Shown: positions 13,101 through 24,886 of the stretch, one piece after another
Layout of the letters: every line of letters starts with the position of its first letter
Numbering within the stretch: position 1 is the first letter of the stretch
From: Pocillopora damicornis
Lineage: Eukaryota
Assembly (NCBI RefSeq): GCF_003704095.1
Contig: NW_020846445.1
Location: 62,001 to 126,000 of the forward strand
Length of the DNA stretch: 64,000 nt
Direction of reading: 5' to 3'
Translations under genes and position numbers: made by a program
The notes under the pieces: generated by a model
Told to the model about the DNA's origin: nothing
The model's database searches: none
What the model saw: the letters and a program-made list of their open reading frames with translations, nothing else

Positions 13101-14375
13101 ATGGAAAATTACCTGTTCTGGTATTTTCCACTGGCAATAACGGAACAATAGCATTTAAATAGTGTTCGGAGGCAATCATTGTATACAATTACGATTAAGA
13201 TTATCTTTTGACCAGGATTTAAAAAGCCTATTTAATCAGTTGAGCTCATCGCAGTATGTTTTTGGTTGCTCGCACAGCGTCTAAAAGAACCAAAAATAAT
13301 TTTGAGTCAGAGTGGAAACTCTCGGTCGTCACTCCAATGGAGCGCTCTGCAGTTTTCTGTCCAGATATCCGATTGTAACACATTTTGTGTTGCCGATTTT
13401 AACTATTTGCTGGCAAAATTTCAATTAGGAAAACAGCGGACTTCAAAGTTCGCTATTTAACATTAACTGAAAATAACTCCTCAAGATCTAGTTATCGTGA
13501 CTTTGTGATGTCGGCGCTATTTAATCAGCTTAGACCAAGAGCACGGAGTGTGCAGTCAACAATCATGCCCCCTCTTACCGCCAAACGATTCTAAACACGT
13601 GATTCTGAAGTCGTAAACACAGAGGTGAGAAATTGTTATTTCTGCTGGCTGCAGGGATTGGCCAAGGGTCTTATAACACCACACGGCAGCTTTCGCTAAA
13701 AGAGCTAATTTGTCATGCCCAAAACCTATTAACCTCTTTTTTTTATCCAAATTTGAAGATTTACTGCACGGACAATGGAGACCAATTGACTCTACTTTGA
13801 CTCAGGCTATGCATGCATAACTTAGATCCACGAACTTTTGAAAAATTAGTGGGATTAGTGGTTAAAACAGTGTGTAACTTGCCAATACAACACCCAGACA
13901 CTCAACACTCTTGTCATCACCTCTGCAAAATCTCCTCCATGGCTTTCTTAAAAATCGATTTTCCTCCAGCTGAAATATACTGATGATTAGCTCTTTTGCA
14001 TAAATTAAAAACAGATGGAAACAGTCAGAGCATACTTGTCTCTTAGACAAAACGAACAACCACGACTCTAACTGGTGTTTGTTTACAAGCAGTCAATTCA
14101 GCGCAAAACAGGTCACTTCAGGTCAATCGCTTTCGCAATAAGGTGAGTAAAAACCTAAAATATGCTTGGAATCGTTCGTTGGCGCATGCTTGGTAACAAG
14201 TTAAGTAAATAATTGCTATTTCGGAACAAATACAACAAGGATTAATTTCACGGGGTCATTCAGAGCTAAGACGCCCCCGTAAACATACAGGGAATAGAAT
14301 GTCGCACACATGTCTACCAAGACAGAAGAATAAAATCGGAATCCGTGCAAGTTCTGATAAAAATTCAAGGGTAAA

Positions 14376-15422
14376 ATGGCTAAGAATATGACGAGCAGAG
14401 AGAAACTCACGTACGAAGGATATACTTTGCCAAAACCTACCATCAAAGAGCTACTGGCCCGTAACGCACGGAAGGATTCGGAGTTAAAAACCCTCCACAA
14501 AAGACTCGACAAGGAGAAAGAGGAACTCGAGAGCGATTTTTCCAAGACACGCTCTCAGTTTCTTTCCCGAGTTCACAATTTGTTGTTGGAGGGACAAACA
14601 CACGATCTTGGGTTTAATCATGAGAGCAATTCTGACGAAGAACAACAGAGTACTTTCGAAAGTGGTGCTAAAAACGATAATGGCATTAACGATTTAACTC
14701 CATCATGGGAAGCGAATTTGAAAAGTCTGTCCAGCTCTCAGCTCGATGAGGACATAAACAGGGCTGGATGTAATCGAAACTCACGCCACATTCAACCATG
14801 GGCACAAAAAGTCAAACACTACAACCATTCTTTGGCCACAAAAGCTGAGTCAGGTTCATCAAAACTCTCGCGTTCTAGACGTAAAGTAAGTTGGGGAGGT
14901 AGGGCAAACGTTATGCCTGAAGATTGGGACGCGAGAAGCGTTCTCAGCAAGTCGAACTCCGAAGGAAATCTTCCCTCCGCTCAAGTCACATGTCCGATAA
15001 GTGACACCTTACGCTCTAGAATTCGGAGACACTCCGTTGTCGGTCGATCGCGATTTGATACCTTTAATCCCAGAAGCAACAGCCTCATGAAGGAAGATTT
15101 AAAAAACCAGAAGTCGTCGAACACTCCACGCCAGGTAAAACAACGAAGGCACACGGTTTGTGCTAGAGGAATTTTTGAGCCGAAACTGACTTCTACCGAA
15201 GAGGAAAAATGTAAAGCAAAAAAACCTTTGTCTGAACTTCTTCCTCCAATTACACTACCTCCGATTTATCTGCAAGAATCAAAAGGAAAAGAAACAGGCA
15301 AAAAGAAGAGCTTCGTAAAGACACACGTACGACCGAAAGCTGCGGATTCCACACAGCTCACAGAAGATTTAGACTATTGCCGCTACTTACGATTGAATAG
15401 AAAAGACGGCGATTACAGTTAG
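14376..15422 (+). CDS. Uncharacterised protein B' (348 aa), coiled coil, disordered basic/Ser-rich middle, LPPITLPPI and CRYLR motif
   Basis: 1047-nt ORF with AAAATGG start. Paralogous motif blocks shared with 6081-6854. Confidence 0.8.
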   Translation: MAKNMTSREKLTYEGYTLPKPTIKELLARNARKDSELKTLHKRLDKEKEELESDFSKTRSQFLSRVHNLLLEGQTHDLGFNHESNSDEEQQSTFESGAKNDNGINDLTPSWEANLKSLSSSQLDEDINRAGCNRNSRHIQPWAQKVKHYNHSLATKAESGSSKLSRSRRKVSWGGRANVMPEDWDARSVLSKSNSEGNLPSAQVTCPISDTLRSRIRRHSVVGRSRFDTFNPRSNSLMKEDLKNQKSSNTPRQVKQRRHTVCARGIFEPKLTSTEEEKCKAKKPLSELLPPITLPPIYLQESKGKETGKKKSFVKTHVRPKAADSTQLTEDLDYCRYLRLNRKDGDYS

Positions 15423-16778
15423 CTACAAAACTAGGAAATAATGATGTGATTTATTGCAACCGGAAAACAACGCTGATCACTTTAAAAAGACGCGTTGTTT
15501 GCCCATGAGGGTTAATCTATGCAACTCCTTCTAAGAGTCCAATAAATGGATAATGGATTTAACGCTAATGCCTGCAGCAAAATCTGGTGTTTTCAAGCGA
15601 TTGCCAGTGCACGTGACAAACGCACCCGTGAAATCTTACAAACAAGCTCACAAAGTTCGATTGCTGATCGACATCACAGAAAAAATGTATCTGTTGAAAA
15701 TGTAATGAGCAAAACTCGTTAAGACAAAACATTCAGGCTGTGCAAATTTCGATTATGATGATCATCGTAAAGTTACAATATAAGTAAAAAACAATCAATG
15801 TTAATGTTGCCTTCAGGGTTGATAAGGCTAAAATTTCAGTGCTCAATTTGTCTCCGAAAATATCCTCTTCACTTACCATCTTCATTACTTCTTTCCGCTA
15901 TGCTTTTTGAGAAAAAAATATTCAAGAATTACACTCGAGATGCTAAACAGGGGATGATTTCTTACGACAATTCAAGAAAAATATGCCTCAGGGTCTTGCT
16001 CAGAAAGGAAGATTAGTTTAATTGAAGCATCTTTCAACCATGTGTTTAGCCAAACTTATTATTTTTTTTACATTCCATGCACACAGCTTGCAAACAAGGA
16101 TGTTCAAACACGTCAAAAACTCCTAATTAAACAGTTTGCTATTTACAAGTTAAAATTTATGTGTACTTAACATGTTTACAATTGATATGGCACAAAAACA
16201 AAGCTTATTTGCACACTAAATACCGACACAAAAGATTTTGGAACCTCAACGAATTAGAGAGATGGAAGATGCTGTATTAATTAACAAAACCGCCTCAAAC
16301 AAAAACCTTTGGCCTTTTGTTAGACGCGCCTTTTTGTTATCTGATTTTCCGCGTTAGAGTGGTGAAGGGGGTGTAGGTTACCCGATTTACCTGCTGAACA
16401 GATGATCTGCACGGTGACCAGCAATGGGCGGGCGCCACTGACAGCAAAAACATTGCAGGGATATTTTTCTTAAATTTTTAACAGTTTTTCTCAAAAAGCA
16501 ATTCCTACACGTACTCTTACAAAGCCGAAATTCGTAGCAGAGAGTCGTCTAAATCCCCTATACAGACATCATATCGACATAACCTAGAGCGTCAACAACA
16601 CGTGAATATGTGTATGTACGAGTAAAAGCAACATAACGTTAAAAAATTTCAACGTGTTGTCAGTTATCGTCGCCAGAGCTTTGTGAGTACTCTCACCAGT
16701 TACGACGCATCGCAGGTCAGATAAACTTCATAATAGTCTTGGGGTTTACACTAAGGTGACGAAAGCAGGTGTCACGCT

Positions 16779-19700
16779 CTACATGGGCCCCGTGACTTCA
16801 TAACTCTCAGCTTCATCTCTAAAGTGATCCACTAAGTTGTTTATCTCGGAAACTCTTTTGCGGTTTCTTAACACCTCGTCATTGTGGATCTTCTCGTTCA
16901 AAGTTTGCATTCTGGTGGTTGCTCTGGTTAACATATCATCCTCCTAGAAATGCACCACAATGATTAAGACTAAATTCTCTAAACCTATCTCTCGCAAAAA
17001 TAACGAAGCAGGTTTGGAGAATTTGGACCGTAAGTACTGAATTCAGGAAGACACCTGATTTTTTAGGACATGATATCAAGATAGATTATAGAAAAAGTAT
17101 AGAAAACGTATTGAGGGGGAATTTGACCACACACACTTATGTACTGCTTCACTACGCTGTCATTAGCCTAGTATGAACGAAGAACAAGCGACGTGAAAAA
17201 TAGAGGGCACCACGAGGCTTTTCCCATGAAAAGAGAAAAATTTCTTTGGCGAGATTTTACACCTATGCGTAAATGCTGGTAAACCCTTGGGAAAAGCCTT
17301 TGATTATTCAAACTTACAACAACAAACCCAAAAAGGAACACAGCAAGATAAAAAACGACAGCATTTTTTTTTATCTACCTTGTTATCAATCTTTAGAAGG
17401 TGCGTATCATGAGAAGCACTGACGGCGTTCATTAGTGTGTCCTTGTCAACAAATAGCTTTGAGAAACAAGCAACAACACAATTAGTTAAGACGACAACGA
17501 AAAAAATAAAAAACGGACCAAAAAATAATGAAACTTAGCCATTCCAAATCTGAACTGTTGAGGGCGAAAATTGACCATCAGACTTCTACCTTACCAGATA
17601 TATTAGATACGAGATTCTTCAGTTCATTCCATGATTGGCGGTACTCAGTTTTGAGTGAAACCTTCTGGATTTTTCCCAAGCGTGTGGACTTCAAAGTTTG
17701 GTTTCTTTTGTGCTCCTAAGCAACGCTAAATTCTGCTTTGTTCCAATCCTTTAACCATTTACACCCTAATATCAGCATTAATATTCTCCACACTGTTCAT
17801 CGTACATTTCCTAGGGTACCGACAAGGAGATTTGCTTTAACAGTCAAGAGCTTCTTTAGTAAGTGATCATTTCCGTTATTCTCGTGACCTTAATGTTTGA
17901 TTTAGGGGGTGATATTGTGAGGAGAAATTAGACGCCAGTCATTCTTAGGGGCTAAAGGGTTACATGACGCACTACAAAAAAAGGCGTATGTAGCGCCGCA
18001 AAAAGAGAAAAAAAACATATCCATACCTTTCAGCTAGGTTTGTTTGTTATATTTCTTTTTAGTTAATCCAGTCAGCAAGACAAAGATAAAACTTCATCTA
18101 AAACGTACGCCAGTTTTTTCATCTTTCCCGATAAGTTCCGGCAGCTATTAAACCAAAGCCAACTTACCATTCTCAAGTCATCAGGCAGATCTTCTTCCAG
18201 CTCGTTTTTCATCAGTTTTTCAAGTGTGACCACAGCGATATCTGACGTTTTTTCGTGATGTGCGTTTTCCAGGTCACGTAACTGCGTCATTGTGAACAAA
18301 GTTAAGGATAAAGAATGCAAGGCACAGCTGATAAGGGCTCGAGGAGGAAACTTATTTCACGTCTTTCAGTTCTACCAACTACGAAGCACATCCGCTTGCA
18401 GTTTTCGCTTAAACGCTCTTAGACAAAATAATAGTGGATTTTTTGTCAGATTAAAAATTTTGTCATTAGTAGTTGAGGTTAAGTTCCAGTACCAGTACCA
18501 GTACCAGTTCCAGCACAGGAGGTTCACAATCTCATAAACGAAAAGGTCTCAACGGCAATCTGGCCCTAGCAACCTGAAGGCACCTGCCAACTCAATGCCC
18601 AAATGTGGAACGAATACTTGCCCACAAAGTGTGAGGAAGGGAAGGCAGAAATAAAAAAGCAAAGTAGTAAGATAATTAAATAAAAGCATATAGCAATACG
18701 GTTATGTCCCTGTAAACCTTACTGACCCCACCCAAAGCACACTAATGAAACCGCTGCATTGACTTGGTTCTAACCTAAATTCCAATTGGCCTTGAAAAAA
18801 AAGACCGAGATTTAAAAGCTATTGCTTGGTATATTCTCAAGCACACTCTCAAAATTCCCTGATTTACCCACAAGTCTCCAGTAAAGGATATAATCCTTGC
18901 ACGTGTTCTACAAATGCGGTCACAAGGTCCGCCATGTTCCTTTCAAAGTCTTTAATTGTGTCCTGTATGTTGAGATACACGTGTTATTTATTTGAATAGT
19001 CATTTATAAGTCTTTATAAAATGTTCAGAAAAATGCGCGCGCCGTTATTGGTCAGAACGAGTTAATTATATTTCCATAAAGCACGCGCCTTACGTCAGAC
19101 GAGTGCACTGTTGAGATATAGTGCATGCAGCCAACGTCATCGGTACGAGCGCGCGCAATTCACGATGCATTTTATGAAAGAAATTAAAAAACCTTGCTCC
19201 TCGTGCACCGTTGAGTTATATAAGCATTAGGGAATTTTTAGAAACACTCGAAAAGTGCGAGAAGCATTCGCCTTCGGCTTTTACTTCTTCTCACTTCTCG
19301 AGTGTTCTTAAAAATTCCCTAATGCTTATATAACAACGATACATTCGGCGCGTTTTCTAATTCTTTATAACCACTAGCATTAAAGCCGTCTGTTTATGCT
19401 TTTTTTCTCCGGCGCGTGCCAGATTCGTGCAATTCTGAAGAAGTTCTGGATCAGTTCAGGCACTGATTTTTATCAACAAATTAGATTCAAGTAGATTGGC
19501 CACCGTTTCAAAGCTAAAACTGAAAATCTAAACGGTGGCCAATTTACGTTATCAGTTCAGCTAATAATAGCAAATTACCTAGTTATTTTCACCCACAGAC
19601 GCAGCAGCACAAATGATTTAGAAACTTACCCCCTTTATAGATTTAATTAAGTTGAATAAAGGGGGTAAGTCTCTAAAGAAACTGTGGTGCAGCGTCGGAG

Positions 19701-22700
19701 AGGGTATTACTAGATTATTTGATTTTAAAAACTGAGTTGATTATGAATATTGGCCATCGTAAAGAGTTATTTAAGTCCTTGAGCTTCAGAAGCTCTTTAC
19801 GGTGGTCAATTTACATTATTAACTCATTAAAAGACACAAATTGTCTTACAATTACGTAGGTTGATTACCTCTAACTGGTCCACCAGCTCCATTTCCAGTC
19901 CCATTAGTGTGTCCCACAGTTTTCTTATTTCTTCAACGATTTCCTTCATCAAGGTTTCCATATGACTCTGGTCAGTTAGGCTAGTATAGTCCAAAAATAC
20001 CTGAAATGAAACATAAGGATTGCACTCATTGCAAAAATCGGGAATTACTAGTTCGGCTCAGTACAACAGGCATAAAATAAATGATGTACTCTTTTGTGCA
20101 AGTCGCGTGTAGTACAGAAATATAATAAAGCAAAGATACAACTTGTAGATGCAGTCTTACTTTCAGGGACAGTCGTTTTCGATATACTGTTTAAGTTCAC
20201 TCAAGATTAAAAGAGTGGTCAGTTTAGCAGTTCAAGGTGGAAGACATGTCGCAGAAAAACGAAATGCAGATTGACCAGAAATCTGCAATCATTATTAGAT
20301 TATCCTTCCGCTCAGGAGAGAGTCAAACTCATATGAACACGTAACACATTTATGAGGTTCTTATTGGTGGGGGTGGGGAATTGGGGGGTTCAATTTCAGG
20401 CCGTTTGACAGCTAACACCATTGAACTCCTGTGTAAGTAAATTCTAGCAGGAAGAGCCATTTAGCTCGTGCGTTGACTGCACGTGTATATCTGCTTGCCA
20501 TTTACAAAGAAATGCTCCATACCTTTTTCTTGTACTCAATGTAGCTATGAATGTGCTTGACACCTGTGTTGTTGTTTTCTTGCGTTGCTTCTTCCAAACA
20601 AGAAAAGAATGATGCAATTTCTGCTTCTCTCTTTTCATGCTCCTTCAAGCCAAACTCGAATATTTCCTGGCAAATTGCTGTAAACTTCTCATTGTATCTT
20701 GCATAAGTAAAGGTGCGTAATCTTAATTAAGAATACATGGGTGTACAATTCTGAAATACAAATCCATTTACTTAATAAACAATGTTGCTACATACTATAA
20801 TGTATGCTGTTTGTAAAGGATACCCATTGAGGATTTCTTCCATTCCAGGAAGAGCCCCAAGTTTACCAGCCTCAGGATCATCAGCATACATGCTTTCAAA
20901 GAGCCATGGACCATTCAGGTCCTCCACAAAGGCCATCTAAAAATTTGAAAGGAGAAGTGTGTGCTAAGAATAGAAACAAAGGGCATACAAACACAAGAAA
21001 AAATACCAGTCGTTCAATGAGATCACCCAAAGGAGGGTACAGTCCTGCAAAAGACTGCAACAACTAAACTTAGGTCAATGTCAGTCTGATTTTTCAATAA
21101 ACTAAAACAGAAGTCATAATCAGAGCCACATGGAAAGGTGTTTGTAGTTGAATTTCAATAAGTCTAGTAGAAAAATAATTGTGTGAAGTTTATCATTCCT
21201 GAAGGAGGTATGGGCAGGTGATCAATTTGAAAATGTCATCCAGGCTAAAGCAACCTGGATGAAATACTAGGGCAGAGGTAGGGCAATTTTCAACTGAGTC
21301 TGTAAAGCAATCTGAGATTGCCCTGGTTTTGCCTAACTTTCCTCTGTAATTGACCCATTAAAAACTTGCCCCACTGATTCAACCAATCAAATACAAAACT
21401 AAATCTAATTGGATCCAGGATACATGCATTTCCCCTTGCTTTAGACAAAAAGCCTTTCTATGGGCCCAAGTGGTCCATGGGGCCGATGCTTAACTCCAGT
21501 TTTCTTAGCATGAAGAGGCTAGGAGTATTGCTACTCCCCCCCTGGATGGGATGCTAGTCCATTGCAGGGTTACCCCCAGCACATTTGCTGGTACCCATTT
21601 GTACACCTGGGTGAAGAGAAGCTCGGTGAGAGTAAAGTGTCTTGCCTAAAAACACAACACAATGACCAAATTACTTTTTAGACAAAAAAAGAGGGGAAAA
21701 AACTCTGACCGCTTTTTGCAGTATTTTCCTTTGTTCTGATTGGTCAGTATCAGAGATTAGTTTGGTTTTGGTTCTATCACAACACTCAAATGAAAAGAGC
21801 TCTAATCATTAACTCCAAAGATCTGAGTACCAATCCTTCCTCCTTCCTGCTATACATTACTTTTACTTATTGATCAAAAGGAAGCAAACATCGTACAAGT
21901 GAAGTTGCCACCAAATTCCACCCATTGGAGCTCTCCTTTTGGTATACATGTACCTTGTGCAACTGTCTCTCCTTTTGGTTTTCTTCAACTTCATCCTGTT
22001 TTCTCTTGGCTATGGTCTCATTTTGGACCATTTCCTCTATAGAATATTTGTATTTTTCTGTTGCAGCTTCTCGGGCTGATTCATCGATCAGACGAAAGTC
22101 CAGGTAGACAAGTTCTGATAGATGTGCAATTACATATTCTTTGTAATTAACTTCCTCAGAAAATGGGTTTCCACTGAGGTTTAAAGTTCTCAAGGACTTG
22201 AATCGTCTGAGATAAACAACCTAAATTACCAAAAATGATTTTAATGAATACTGTTGTTGGACACAATAAGAATCAGGAAACTTTTATACATTTTCCCTTA
22301 ATTTAACGTATAAATCTCGATGAAATTGTCTTTAAGGTATTACTGGCAATTTAAATTTGCACCATTATCATTTTTATTTAATGAGATCAGTTTAAAGTTT
22401 GCATCCCATGGATGAATTGGATTGTTATATCTCTCAGTAAGAACATGCCCTGTGACAGGTCAATTCAGTGGTCCGTATTTCACTGTGCTGTCACCTAAAT
22501 TCAAAAGTTTGTTTGAACTGAAATGTTTCTCCAAATTTTGAACCCAGAGATATAATAATAAATATCCTTGGCTACGGACCTTGTTTCCTTGGTCCTTACT
22601 CTAAGTTTAAGATTCAAACCAGGTTCTATCTGCTTATATTTCAGGCCTGTGTCCTTTTTGCTTGGACCACAATTAGACCAAGCCAAAAAAGAAATACAGT

Positions 22701-24886
22701 CTGCAACTGATAGTATGGACCTTGACCTCATTTAATATGAGGTATATATTGTTCCCTGGAATAGGTCTGGGAAACTGTTGTGTGTTTTAGCTTTTTCTAT
22801 TCCTATAAATATTATGTGCTTAATAAACTAAATTACAGAGAATTAAAATGTTTCACCAGAATTTGAACTCAGAGATATAATAAATATCCTTGGCTACCAC
22901 CCTTGTTTCCTTGGTCCTTACTGTAAGTTTAAGATTCAAACCAGGTTTTATCTGCTCATATTTCAGGCCTGTGTTCTTTTTTCTTGGATCACAATTAGAC
23001 CAAGCAAAAAAAGACATGGTCTGCAACTGACAGTATGGACCTTGAACTCATTTAATATGAGGTATATATTGTTCCCTGGAATACACCCGGGAAACTGTTG
23101 TGTTTTAGTTTTTTTCTATTCCTATGAATATCACGTGCTTAATAAACTAACTTACAAAGAAAGAGGGGATAAGTTTTTAAAGAAACTGTGGTGCTACATA
23201 AGTGGGAGAGTATAGCTGGTAATTTAGTGCTAATAACTGAGTTAAAAGTGTAAATTGGCCACCATAGAGAGTAAAAAAGCTTACATTTCGAGCGTTAGCC
23301 CTCCGTAAGAGAAATTGATGAAGGGGTAATGCTCGAAATGTCAGCTGTTTTACTCTTTACAGTGGCCAATTTACATTTTCAACTCAGTTGTTAACACTTT
23401 ACCTACAGAGAAAGAGCCTTGACATTAGCTGTGTAAGAAAGAATCTAATTAGCAATTAAATTATTGCCTAATTTTTTGGAAACAAATAATCAAATGAAAT
23501 TAATCCTTGAAAAAATCCAATTTGAGAAAAAAATGCTAGAAAATTTGGTTGAAAATACTCTCTGAATGCTTCCAAAAAATTAAATAATACAAAATTCAAT
23601 TTTGCCATTCCCCATTTATCCCATAAATGTATTGCTAACCAGTGGGCCATCAATTGTTGGAATGTACTCACATTATCCAGTTGTTTGAGGCTGTTGTTTC
23701 CAATGGAAAACACATGAAGCTGAGTAAGAAAGTCCATGTTTTCAATTTTTGATATTCTGTTATTGTAAAGTGTAAGATCCTTCAACTTGGTTAGTTTATC
23801 CAGTCCCTCGATAACTTCAATATTGTTAAATGAAAGATCTGCAACAAAGTTAAGCCAAGCAAATTTAGATGTTGATAAACTTTTGATCTATCTAGTTATC
23901 ATAAATTGTTAGTATTAGGCTGATATCAATGCTAACAACTTTAGCTTTAAACATATTACTGCAGCTTTAATTACGTGGACTTTTATCAAATGATAACAAA
24001 TTTGAATACGAGTATCAAATTTAACCTGAAAGAGAAAAATTGCCATATGTCGTTTGGATGAAAGTGTTGTTCTTCAAGTGAGACATGGCTAAGGATGTTT
24101 CTCATTTCTGTAAAACTTCTGTACAGCATCATACTATTGCCAAACAAAGTTGCAATACCAAAGACAGTCTAATTTTTCGCTTTTGCTATCTTTATCCAAG
24201 AACTGTAGGTTAAATGAAGTCTAGGGCTCTGCAGATTAAATTCTTACCCAACTCTCTAATGAAGTTACCAATTCCTAAAGGAAAGGTTACTTAATTTTAA
24301 TGCTCTACCAGTCTAAACGTTTAACTTCCGTCAAACCCTTCTCCAACGGCGGATTGGTTTTGCCCTCAGATGGCAGAAGGAGACGTAGGTTTTAAGTGCG
24401 TTAAGTGTACGTATTCGTGGAAGTTTCTGTCTAAATCTTAAAGCTTCAGGTTAGCTACTTATTTTGTAAAGTTATGTGTATGCCATTATTATAAAATAGC
24501 TAACTACCTAACCACTCCAAGTTCACGAGCATATCCAGGCCTTCCATCCTCTCGATGATATTGTTGTCCATTTGCAACTTGGTCAGGTTCACTAGACTCC
24601 ATAAGTTGTCGATTTTCAAAATATCTTTGTACAGAAAAGAAAATCAACGCACGGTTATAGAAACATATAATACACGCAAGAATTCTGGAGGTATTTCCAC
24701 TCTTTTAAAAGAAATTTAACCCCTACTTTTGAAATCAAGTCTGAGGGAAAGTACATCTCCAAAGTCGGTTCCCTCTTGTTTTGCTATCCTTCCAGCTTCA
24801 CCTTTCGGCCCTTGTTCCTCGATAGCATTTTTTAGCATCTGCTCATCGATAACAGAGGGCTCGATTGTGTCATAAAGACGACTCAT
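16779..24886 (-). CDS. DRC3: Dynein regulatory complex subunit 3 (LRRC48), ~11 coding exons
   Basis: Start MSRLYDTIEPSVIDEQMLKNAIEEQGPKGEAG, SDS22-type LRRs (LTLYNNRISKIENM, LNLSGNPF..Y..YVIAHL..LVYLDFR), then coiled-coil exons (YNEKFTAICQEIFEFGLKEH; LFVDKDTLMNAVSASHDTHLLKIDNK; RNRKRVSEI), ending EVTGPM* at 16779. Approximate exons: 24886-24727, 24624-24509, 23838-23672, 22220-21954, 20936-20824, 20697-20524, 20000-19869, 18963-18892, 18291-18167, 17457-17380, 16944-16779. Confidence 0.93.
17751..17963. mobile_element. piggyBac-like MITE, second subfamily; relatives at ~31460-31650, ~57993-58158 and ~61647-61838
   Basis: TTAACCATTTACACCCTAA...TTAGGGGCTAAAGGGTTAC terminal inverted repeats. 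Shared internal ATATTCTCCA.ACTGT...AAGGAGA.TTTG.TTAAC. Confidence 0.7.
18292..18891 (-). other. U12-type AT-AC intron in DRC3
   Basis: 5' site ATATCCTTT, branch site TCCTTAAC (18308-18301), 3' end TTCAC. Splicing gives in-frame VQGL|MTQLRDLEN. Confidence 0.9.
19010..19370. repeat. Non-autonomous repeat with a ~55-bp-arm internal hairpin (19215-19333)
   Basis: TTATATAAGCATTAGGGAATTTT...CACTCGA pairs with TCGAGTG...AAAATTCCCTAATGCTTATATAA. The element is bounded by TCTTTATAA at both ends. Confidence 0.55.
20698..20823 (-). other. U12-type GT-AG intron in DRC3
   Basis: 5' site GTATCCTTT, branch-like CCTTTAC ~11 nt before AG, no polypyrimidine tract. In-frame join ILNG|YNEKF. Confidence 0.8.
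21279..21803. mobile_element. MITE with TAGRGC...GCTCTA ends, interrupted by a SINE
   Basis: TAGGGCAATTTTCAACTGAGT ... ACTCAAATGAAAAGAGCTCTA terminal inverted repeats. Confidence 0.6.
21452..21676 (-). mobile_element. 5'-truncated SINE (CORE/V-domain-like) with 12-bp target-site duplication
   Basis: Minus strand TGTGTTTTTAGGCAAGACACTTTACTCTCAC...CCAGGTGTACAAATGGGTACC...GACTAGCATCCCATCCAGGGGG. TTTAGACAAAAA occurs at 21440-21451 and 21677-21688. Confidence 0.7.
22536..23158. repeat. Direct tandem duplication of a ~320-bp intronic unit
   Basis: TGAAC(C/T)CAGAGATATAATAA...CCTTGTTTCCTTGGTCCTTAC...GTGCTTAATAAACTAA appears twice, starting at ~22539 and ~22864, with high identity. Confidence 0.9.
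23158..23407. repeat. Foldback repeat with hammerhead-like cores in both arms (copy 2)
   Basis: ACTGAGTTAAAAGTGTAAATTGGCCAC...TTTCGAGCGTTAGCCCTCCG / TTGATGAAGGGGTAATGCTCGAAATGTCAGC...GTGGCCAATTTAC..AACTCAGTTG. Confidence 0.8.

Noticed and set aside
18484-18512. (CCAGTA)n run, and (CCGGT/CCTGGT)n at ~7114-7136
   Set aside because: Simple microsatellites with no spacer structure. Not CRISPR-like.
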